Assembly: GCA_036504295.1 (NCBI GenBank) | Contig: DASXVK010000198.1 | Coordinates: forward strand, 1,581-65,580 | DNA: 64,000 nucleotides | Direction: 5' to 3' | Source: Polyangia bacterium | GTDB lineage: Bacteria > Myxococcota_A > Polyangia > JACRCY01 | In this document: positions 57,396-64,000 of the stretch, piece after piece | How positions within the stretch are numbered: the first letter of the stretch is position 1 | Layout: each line of letters starts with the position of its first letter | Notes under the pieces: generated by a model | Told to the model about the DNA's origin: nothing | The model's database searches: none | The model's input: only the letters and a program-made list of their open reading frames with translations | Translations under genes and position numbers: made by a program

Positions 57396-59354
57396 ATGCG
57401 AAGAGTCTCCCTGCTCGCGTGGGTCGCCGCGGTGAGCGTCGGCGCGTGCGCCGACCCGCGGTACTGCGACGAGAATACGCCCTGCACCGATCCGGCCTAC
57501 CCGGTGTGCGCGGTGACGTGGCACGAGTGCGAGGCGTTCACCGGCGACGCCGGCGTCGACGGGCCCGTGGCCGTGCCCGACGGCGGCTGCGCGGTCGGCC
57601 GCCACCGCTGCGGCGAGACCTGCGTGGCGGACGACGATGCCCAGAGCTGCGGCGCGGTGTGCGTCGCGTGCGGCGGCGGCACGCCCGCGTGCGTGGGCGG
57701 CACCTGCGCGTGCACCGCGAGCTCGTGCGCGACCGGCGAGGTGTGCGCCGGAGGCGCGTGCGTGAGCGGCACCTGCACGACCGCGGCCGACTGCCAGAAC
57801 CCGCCGCCGTGCCGCGTGGCCGCGGGGGCGGTCTGCAACGCGAGCCACCTGTGCGAGTACCCGCTCGCCGCGACCGGCGCCACGTGCTCCACCGGCCACT
57901 GCTGCGCGGGCACGTGCGTGCCCAACGATCCGGCGCACTGCGGCGCGAGCTGCGCGCCGTGCGGCGCGGTCACCGGCGGGAGCGCCACCTGCGACGGGAC
58001 CGCGTGCGGCTACGCCTGCGGCGGCGGCTACTACGACAGCGGCACCGCCTGCGCCGCGTGCGACGTCCCCGACCACTGCGGCGCGAGCTGCCAGTCCTGC
58101 CCGGCGGTGGCCGACGCCGACCGCACCTGCGCCGCGGCGTGCGGCTACGAGTGCCACGGCGGCTTCTACGACACCGGCGCCACGTGCGCCGCCTGCGCGA
58201 TCGACACCCACTGCGGGCCGAGCTGCGTGGCGTGCGCCGGCACGACGCCGACGTGCCTCGGTACGCGCTGCGGCTGCACGGCGGCCTCCTGCGGCACCGG
58301 CGCGACGCCGATCTGCGACGACGCGAGCAAGGCCTGCCGCGGCTGCGTGGCCCACGGCGAGTGCGCGAGCGGCGCCTGCGACTTCACGTCGGGCGCGTGC
58401 GTCGCGGCCGCGGACGTCATCTATGTGGACAAAGGGGCGAGCTGCCCCGGCACCGGCGCCGCCGCGACGCCCTACTGCGACTTCCCCCCGGCGCTCGCGA
58501 CGGTGACCGCGGGCGCGACGAGGTGGCGCATCGTGATGCAGCCGGGCATCTACGCGTACAGCGGCGCGCAGATCGTGCAGGACCGCAAGGTGATGGTGAT
58601 CGGCGCGGGGACGGGCGCGACGGAGCTGGTGCAGAACCTGGGGAACACCCCGGTGCTTCAGGTGCTCGGCACCGGCGAGTTGAGCCTGTATCACGTCGTC
58701 CTCCGTGGCGCCAGCGGCGGCTCAGGCGACGGCGTGCTCTGCGGCGGGATCGCCTCGACGGCGACCCTTACGATCTCGGACGCTACCCTCGGGCCCAACA
58801 GCGGGCTCGGGATCAACGGCACGAAATGCGCGGCGACAGTGACTGAGACCAGGCTCAGCGGGAACGTGAGCGGGGGGCTCTCGCTGACGAACTCCAGCTA
58901 CACCGTGGTGAACTGCCTGTTCGTGAAGAACGGGTCGAGCTCGAGCAGCGTCGGCGGGGCGAGCCTGTTCCAGACGCCCCTGAGCGCGACCGCCCTCTTC
59001 GTGAACAACACCGTCGCCGAAAACGCGGCGTCCGGCGGCGCCGTAGGCGGCGTCTATTGCTTCCCGGCGGGCCCGCCGGTGGTGAACTCGATCCTCTGGG
59101 GCAACGGCGGCAGCGGCCAGCAGAGCGGCTGTACCGTCACCTACTCGGACGTGCAAGGCGGCCTGAACGGCACCGGCAACATCAACGCTGACCCGAAGTT
59201 CGTCGACACGGCGAACAACAACTACCACCTCGTCACCGCCGCCCCCGCCTCGCCCTGCATCGACGCCGGCATCACCGCCGGCGCCCCGATCGGCGACCTC
59301 GACGGCAACCGCCGCACGACCGCCCCCGACCTCGGCTGCTACGAAGCGCAGTAG
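57396..59354 (+). CDS. Secreted/lipoprotein with a long Cys-rich repeat region and a C-terminal right-handed beta-helix-like domain
   Basis: AGGAGCGG Shine-Dalgarno sequence. LLAWVAAVSVGAC (lipobox-like). About 330 aa of C-x-x-C/GxC repeats follow (HCGASCAPCG, HCGASCQSCP, HCGPSCVACAG). Next come short parallel-beta repeats and the C-terminal NNYHL...SPCIDAG...DLDGN.R pattern common in pectate-lyase-fold proteins. Confidence 0.85.
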   Translation: MRRVSLLAWVAAVSVGACADPRYCDENTPCTDPAYPVCAVTWHECEAFTGDAGVDGPVAVPDGGCAVGRHRCGETCVADDDAQSCGAVCVACGGGTPACVGGTCACTASSCATGEVCAGGACVSGTCTTAADCQNPPPCRVAAGAVCNASHLCEYPLAATGATCSTGHCCAGTCVPNDPAHCGASCAPCGAVTGGSATCDGTACGYACGGGYYDSGTACAACDVPDHCGASCQSCPAVADADRTCAAACGYECHGGFYDTGATCAACAIDTHCGPSCVACAGTTPTCLGTRCGCTAASCGTGATPICDDASKACRGCVAHGECASGACDFTSGACVAAADVIYVDKGASCPGTGAAATPYCDFPPALATVTAGATRWRIVMQPGIYAYSGAQIVQDRKVMVIGAGTGATELVQNLGNTPVLQVLGTGELSLYHVVLRGASGGSGDGVLCGGIASTATLTISDATLGPNSGLGINGTKCAATVTETRLSGNVSGGLSLTNSSYTVVNCLFVKNGSSSSSVGGASLFQTPLSATALFVNNTVAENAASGGAVGGVYCFPAGPPVVNSILWGNGGSGQQSGCTVTYSDVQGGLNGTGNINADPKFVDTANNNYHLVTAAPASPCIDAGITAGAPIGDLDGNRRTTAPDLGCYEAQ

Positions 59355-59367
59355 GATCGCCGCGGCC

Positions 59368-59746
59368 TCACTTCGGCGTGAACCACCGCGGCACCGCGGG
59401 CGGGGGCGCCTCGTCCGGGGCGGGCTCGGCCTTGGGCGGCGTCCGCTGCACGAGCGCCGCCTCGGCGACGGTCGCGTGGCGGTCCGGGCCGTCGCGTCGC
59501 GGGGCCGAGGTTCACGAAGTCGAAGCGCGCGTCGACGTGCGCGATGGGCCGCTCGCCGCCGCGCGCCCGGTCGAAGAACGGGATGATGCGCACCTCCTCG
59601 GCCGCCATGCGCACCGCCGCGTGCCGGCGCGGGACCACCGTCTGGAGCCGGCTGTGGGCGTCCACCACGACCTCGACCGAGCCGTCGTCCGCGCGAGCGG
59701 AGGCGGTGAGGAGCAGGGCGGCGGCAGCGACGAGCACCGGGCGCAT
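59368..59746 (-). pseudogene. Small secreted-protein gene interrupted by a +1 frame change (pseudogene or sequence error)
   Basis: MRPVLVAAAALLLTASARA DDGSVEVVVDAHSRLQTVVP...HVDARFDFVNLGPA has high GC3. After about 59520 GC3 collapses in that frame. It resumes in the +1 frame (DGPDRHATVAEAALVQRTPPKAEPAPDEAPPPAVPRWFTPK-stop at 59368). Confidence 0.5.
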
Positions 59747-59920
59747 GCGGCGGTTGTAGCACCCGGCCGTCGCGGGCGTCCACCGGCGGCGCCGGCGCGG
59801 GTGCCTACCCGGAAAGGGGTCCTCCCTGGCGCGCCACAGTGGGCTAACGGCTGGTCGGGCGGGCGGCGGCGCCGCGTGGCGCGCACCTGCATTCCCAGTG
59901 CGCACCCGCGACGCCCAGCG

Positions 59921-60150
59921 GCGGCCTGCCCGCGAGGCGGACCGGAGCGAGCCCCGGGGCGTGTTGCGTGCCGACCGCACGGGCGCGGCGGCCTGCCCGC
60001 GAGGCGGACCCGGAACGAGCCCCGGGGCGTGTTGCGTGCCGACCGCACCGGCGCCGCGGCCTGCGCGAAGCGGACCCGGAACGAGCCCCGGGGCGTGTTG
60101 CGTGCCGACCGCACCGGCGCGGCGGCCTGCGCGAGGCGGACCCGGAACGA
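59921..60150. repeat. Tandem direct repeat, about 67 bp x about 3.4 copies
   Basis: Units start at 59921, 59988, 60056 and 60122 (the last is partial). The consensus is approximately GCGGCCTGC(C/G)CGCGAGGCGGACCCGGAACGAGCCCCGGGGCGTGTTGCGTGCCGACCGCACCGGCGC. Each unit contains the palindrome GCCCCGGGGC and a GTGC-cgacc-GCAC mini-hairpin. The array lies about 270 bp upstream of the A2M-like gene. Confidence 0.85.
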
Positions 60151-60422
60151 CGTGGGCTCATGCCGGCCCGGGTCGGCGGGGCGAGCAAATCGCCTCCGCG
60201 GGCGGCCGGCCCGCCGCGAGCGCCTGTGGACCGCGCGTGCGTGCCGGGGCGCCACGCCGGTGCCGCGGCCCGGCCCGGCCGGCGCCCGCTCCGGCGCGGT
60301 CGTCGGTGGGCCGGGCCGCGCGCCGGGGCCCGGCGGGGCCCGCGCAGGCACCCCGCCGGCGCACGCGAGCCGCGGCGCGGCCCGCGCTGTCGCGCGGGGA
60401 GCCGACCGGTGTACGATGCGGC

Positions 60423-63400
60423 ATGCGCCGGACGACGGTCTCCCGTAGCTCACGGCTCCTCCTCCTCGCGCTCCCGGTCGTGGCCCTCGCGGCCGCCCTC
60501 ACGCGGTCGCCGCCGACGCGCGGCGCGCCGCCGCCGGCCGACGCGATGCCCGGGGTGGCCGCGCTGCCGGCGGACGTGCCGCCGGTGCGCGCCGAGCCCA
60601 GCCCCGGCGAGAGCCCGCGCCTGCCCCTCACGGCCGACGCGCGGGACCTCGGGAAGAAGATCGACAGCTACTTCGAGGAGCGGCCGGGGCGGCGCGTCTA
60701 CGTGCAGGTGGACCGGCCGCTGTACCGGCCCGGCGAGACGGTGTGGGTCAAGAGCTGGGACCTGCGCGTGCGGGACCTGGGCGCGGCGGCCGACGCCGGC
60801 GCGCCCGGGGCGGCGGCCTGCGAGCTCGTGAGCCCCCGGGGCGCGGTCGTCACGCGCCGCGAGGTGAGCGCCGAGGGCGGCTTCGCCGCGACCGAGCTCG
60901 ACCTCGCGGCCGACCTCCCGGGCGGCGAGTACACCATCCGGGTCCACGCGGCCGGCGGGGAGCGCGGCGAGCGCACCCTGATCGTCGCCGGCTACGAGCA
61001 GCCGCGCATGAAGATGAAGCTCGAGCTCACGCGCAAGGCCTACGGGGCCGGCGACCCGGTCGAGGCCGCCTTCGAGCTCCGGCGCCCCACGGGCCAGGCG
61101 CTGCCCGGGCACCCGGTGCGCGCGGTCGCCCGCGTCGACGGGGTCGAGCTGCCCACGGTGAAGGTCACGACCGACGCGCGGGGCGACGCCAAGGTGCGCT
61201 TCCGGCTGCCCGCGGCGATCAGCAGCGGCGACGCGCTCCTCACGGTCCTCGTGGACGACGGGGGCACGACGGAGTCGATCTCCCGGCGCATCCCGGTCGT
61301 GGTCAAGGCGCTCGACCTGGCGCTCCGGCCCGAGGGGGGCGAGCTCGTCGAGGAGGTCCCGTCGCGGGTCTACTTCGAGGCCCAGGATCCGTTCGGCAAG
61401 CCCGCCGACGTCGAGGGCCACGTCGAGGACGATCGCGGCGAGGTGGTGGCGCGGTTCCGCAGCCACAAGAACGGTCTCGGCCGCTTCGTGCTGCGGCCCG
61501 TGCGCGACCGGCGCTACGCGGCCGTGGTCACCGCCCCTGTCGAGGCCCGGAGCCGTCACGCGCTGCCCGCGGCGCGCGGCGAGGGCTGCGTGCTGCGCGC
61601 CTACGACGACCTCGACGGCGAGGTCGCCGCCCTGCGCGTGGGCGTGCGCTGCAGCCGCCCGCGCGCGGTGACCGTCGTGGCCGTGCAGCGCGACCAGCTC
61701 ATCGACGCCGCCCGGGTGGCCGTCGCGGTCGGCGCCGAGGCGGTCGTCCACCTGCGCGCGCGGGGCGCGGCGGCCGGCCTGTCGCGCGCTCAGGGGGTCG
61801 CGCGGATCACCGTCTTCGGCGAGCAGCTCGAGCCGCTCGCCGAGCGCCTCGTCTACCGCAACCGCCGCCAGCGCCTCACGATCGGCCTCCACCCCGACCG
61901 CCCGAGCTACGGGCCGCGGGACGGCGTGGCCCTGACGGTGCGCACCACCGGTCCCGACGGCCGGCCGGTCGCGGCGGAGGTGGCGCTCTCGGTCGTCGAC
62001 GACACCGTCATCGCCTACGCCGACGACAAGCAGGGCCACCTCCTCTCCCAGCTGCTGCTCGAGCCGGAGCTCGCGGGCCGCGTCGAGGAGCCGAACGTCT
62101 ACCTCGACCTGACGAAGCCCGAGTCCGCGCTGGCGCTGGACCTGCTGCTCGGGACCCGCGGGTGGCGGCGCTTCGAGTGGCAGCCGGTGATGGCCCACGA
62201 TCCCGTCGCGCGCGCCGCGGAGCTGCGGCGCCAGGCCGAGGAGCGCCGCCGCGAGGAGCTCGCCCAGCGCCGCGAGGAGGCGGAGCGCCGCCGCGAGGAG
62301 ATCCGGGCGGCGCGCGAGGAGCGCGAGCACCGGCGCATGCCCAAGGCCAAGGCGGGCGCGATCTTGCGGCTCCTGGGCGGCGCCGCCGGCGCGGGCCGGG
62401 CGGACGGTGACCGCCTGGGTCTCGGGGGTGGCGCCATCGCGGAGGGCCGGATGGGCGGCGCCGGTCTGGGCGCGGGCCGCGGCGCGCCGCGCCCCGAGCG
62501 GGTGGGCGCGCTCGCGCCGAAGGAGCCCCGGCGACCGGCGGCCGCGCCGCGGTTGCCGCCCGCGCCCGGGCCCGCGCAGCAGGCCCTGGGGCCGCGCGCG
62601 GCGGAGCGTCCGGTCGCGGACGCGGACGCGGCCGCGGCCGCGAAGGAGCTGCTCCCGCGGGCCCGGCGCCTCGTGCGCGTGCAGGCCGCGCACATCCAGA
62701 TCCTCGACAAGGTGTACTTCGCGTCGAAGAGCGCCGCCATCCGTCCGGCGTCGTACCCGATCCTCGACGCGGTCGCCGCCGTCCTGCGCGACCACCCGCA
62801 GATCCGCCTCCTCGAGGTGCAGGGCCACGGCGACGCCGTCGAGGCGAAGGACGCGCCGACCCTGGCCGCGCGGCGCGCGCACGCCGTCGTGGCCTACCTG
62901 GTCCGCAAGGGGGTGCCGCGCGAGCGGCTCCGGCCGCGCGGGTACGGCGCGCACCGGCCGATCGCGAGCAACGCCACGGTCGCCGGGCGCGACCGCAACC
63001 GCCGCGTCGAGTGGCTGATCCAGCAGCGCGACGAGCCGGGCCTCGCGGTCGCGCGCGTCTTCCCGGTGCCGGACTACCGCGGCCAGCCGTCGGGGCCCCG
63101 GACCGACTTCCGCGACACGGTGTACTGGGCGCCGCGCGTGCGGACCGGCGCCGACGGCCGCGCGCAGGTGCGCTTCACCCTCTCCGACGCGGTCACCTCG
63201 TTCCGCGTGGTCGCCGAGGGCGTCGCCACCCGCGCCTGGCGCCACGGCCTCGTGGGCCGCGGCGAGAAGGTGTTCCGCTCGGACCGGCCCCTCAGCCTGA
63301 GCGCGCGGCTGCCGCTCGAGGTGTCGGCGGGCGACGAGGTCCTCGTGCCCGTCACGCTCACCAACGAGCGCGGCGAGCCCGTCGAGGCTCGGCTGCAGGT

Positions 63401-64000
63401 CGAGCACGACCAGCTCCTCGCGGCCGCGGGCGCGCTGCCGGCCGAGCGGCGGCGCCTCGCGCCGCGCGCCCGCGACACCACCTACGTCCCGCTCCGGGTC
63501 GTGGGCCAGCGCGGCCAGGCCCACCTCAAGGTCAGCGCCAGCGCCGGCGGCTACGCCGACGAGGTCGCCCGCGAGCTGGCGGTGACGCCGGTCGGCTTCC
63601 CCCTGGTCGCGTCCCGCGCCGGCAACGTCGGCGGGCGCGGCGGCGTGCCCGTGCGGGAGGCCGTCGATGTGGGCCAGGTCGTGCCCGGCTCCGTGCTCGC
63701 CCAGGTCCAGCTCTACCCGAGCCCGGTCGCGACCATGGTCGGCGGGCTCGAGGGGCTGCTGCGGGAGCCGAGCGGCTGCTTCGAGCAGGCCTCGTCCTCG
63801 AACTACCCGAACGTCATGATCGCCTCCTACCTGCGCCAGCACCGCGTCCACGACGAGCAGCTCCTGGGCCGGGCGAACCGTCTGCTCGACTCGGGCTACC
63901 GGCGCCTGACCGGCTTCGAGTCGCGGTCGAAGGGCTACGAGTGGTTCGGCGCCGACCCGGCCCACGAGGCGCTCACCGCCTTCGGGCTGGTCCAGTTCCT
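60423..64000 (+). CDS. Alpha-2-macroglobulin-family thioester protein with an internal OmpA/MotB-like domain (3' end outside the window)
   Basis: Not in the ORF track because there is no stop in the window. I translated it by hand; the frame stays open from ATG 60423 to 64000. Signal peptide MRRTTVSRSSRLLLLALPVVALAAAL. MG-type repeats. ALSVVDDTVIAYADDKQGHLLSQLLLEPEL. E/R-rich coil at 62217-62335. OmpA-like VYFASKSAAIRP...RRAHAVVAYLVRKGVPRERL..RGYG..RPIA...RNRRVEWLI at about 62670-63025. TDFRDTVYWAPRVRTGADGRAQVRFTLSDAVTSFRVVAEGV. Thioester motif GCFEQ at 63774-63788. Confidence 0.85.
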   Translation, partial: MRRTTVSRSSRLLLLALPVVALAAALTRSPPTRGAPPPADAMPGVAALPADVPPVRAEPSPGESPRLPLTADARDLGKKIDSYFEERPGRRVYVQVDRPLYRPGETVWVKSWDLRVRDLGAAADAGAPGAAACELVSPRGAVVTRREVSAEGGFAATELDLAADLPGGEYTIRVHAAGGERGERTLIVAGYEQPRMKMKLELTRKAYGAGDPVEAAFELRRPTGQALPGHPVRAVARVDGVELPTVKVTTDARGDAKVRFRLPAAISSGDALLTVLVDDGGTTESISRRIPVVVKALDLALRPEGGELVEEVPSRVYFEAQDPFGKPADVEGHVEDDRGEVVARFRSHKNGLGRFVLRPVRDRRYAAVVTAPVEARSRHALPAARGEGCVLRAYDDLDGEVAALRVGVRCSRPRAVTVVAVQRDQLIDAARVAVAVGAEAVVHLRARGAAAGLSRAQGVARITVFGEQLEPLAERLVYRNRRQRLTIGLHPDRPSYGPRDGVALTVRTTGPDGRPVAAEVALSVVDDTVIAYADDKQGHLLSQLLLEPELAGRVEEPNVYLDLTKPESALALDLLLGTRGWRRFEWQPVMAHDPVARAAELRRQAEERRREELAQRREEAERRREEIRAAREEREHRRMPKAKAGAILRLLGGAAGAGRADGDRLGLGGGAIAEGRMGGAGLGAGRGAPRPERVGALAPKEPRRPAAAPRLPPAPGPAQQALGPRAAERPVADADAAAAAKELLPRARRLVRVQAAHIQILDKVYFASKSAAIRPASYPILDAVAAVLRDHPQIRLLEVQGHGDAVEAKDAPTLAARRAHAVVAYLVRKGVPRERLRPRGYGAHRPIASNATVAGRDRNRRVEWLIQQRDEPGLAVARVFPVPDYRGQPSGPRTDFRDTVYWAPRVRTGADGRAQVRFTLSDAVTSFRVVAEGVATRAWRHGLVGRGEKVFRSDRPLSLSARLPLEVSAGDEVLVPVTLTNERGEPVEARLQVEHDQLLAAAGALPAERRRLAPRARDTTYVPLRVVGQRGQAHLKVSASAGGYADEVARELAVTPVGFPLVASRAGNVGGRGGVPVREAVDVGQVVPGSVLAQVQLYPSPVATMVGGLEGLLREPSGCFEQASSSNYPNVMIASYLRQHRVHDEQLLGRANRLLDSGYRRLTGFESRSKGYEWFGADPAHEALTAFGLVQF

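Noticed and set aside
59921-60150. Possible CRISPR array
   Set aside because: The repeats are about 67 bp and directly contiguous with no unique spacers. No cas genes lie in the window.
60450-63965. 1171-aa minus-strand ORF, plus plus-strand ORFs 59968-60831, 60743-62410 and 62407-63018
   Set aside because: All are off-frame or antisense to the unlisted plus-strand A2M-like ORF (the frame starting at 60423). That ORF has recognisable signal peptide, MG, OmpA, A2M and thioester motifs. The listed ORFs translate to Arg/Gly/Pro repeats.

Overview
Very GC-rich chromosomal segment (over 70% G+C by eye, with codon position 3 almost always G/C). Because of this, all six frames carry long open ORFs, and most long Arg/Gly/Pro-rich ORFs in the supplied track are antisense or off-frame shadows. 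Gene content looks Myxococcota-like, which is an inference only: Hanks-type Ser/Thr kinase, NtrC-type sigma-54 activators, many lipoproteins, Cys-rich secreted proteins, a PEGA protein and a CheB/CheR-histidine kinase fusion.

Main blocks:
- 0.2-2.4 kb and 49.4-52.1 kb: two paralogous copies of a translationally coupled pair, a membrane-anchored protein with three PPC-type domains plus a 6-TM protein.
- 5.0-12.7 kb (minus strand): an operon with two complete xanthine-dehydrogenase-family molybdenum hydroxylase sets, one with a fused FeS/Moco subunit. A MoaD/ThiS-like GG protein sits between them.
- 12.8-20.7 kb: a cell-surface cluster of a Cys-rich lipoprotein, two tandem tail-fibre-like proteins (peptidase-S74 self-cleaving chaperone domain plus a C-terminal TM anchor), and a 1166-aa lipoprotein.
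- 26.5-33.5 kb: a Ser/Thr kinase followed by a sigma-54 circuit. This comprises a histidine kinase with a periplasmic CxxCH motif, two paralogous NtrC-type activators, a small diheme cytochrome c, and two well-matched -24/-12 promoters.
- 35.8-40.7 kb: glgC, a GT4 glycogen-synthase (GlgA/GlgM type) and glgE, coupled to a small lipoprotein.
- 40.9-45.0 kb: a 1385-aa CheB-CheR-PAS-HisKA-HATPase-REC protein.
- 45.3-49.4 kb: ECF sigma factor, RRM protein, fatty-acid desaturase and hydrolases.
- 54.0-55.0 kb: TetR plus thioesterase, with an AT-rich promoter/operator.
- 60.4 kb to the window end: an alpha-2-macroglobulin-like thioester protein missing from the ORF track. It has an OmpA-like domain where the bait region normally lies.

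I found no rRNA, tRNA, CRISPR array, transposase or integrase. Start codons are often uncertain. All family names come from motif recognition by eye, not from searches.
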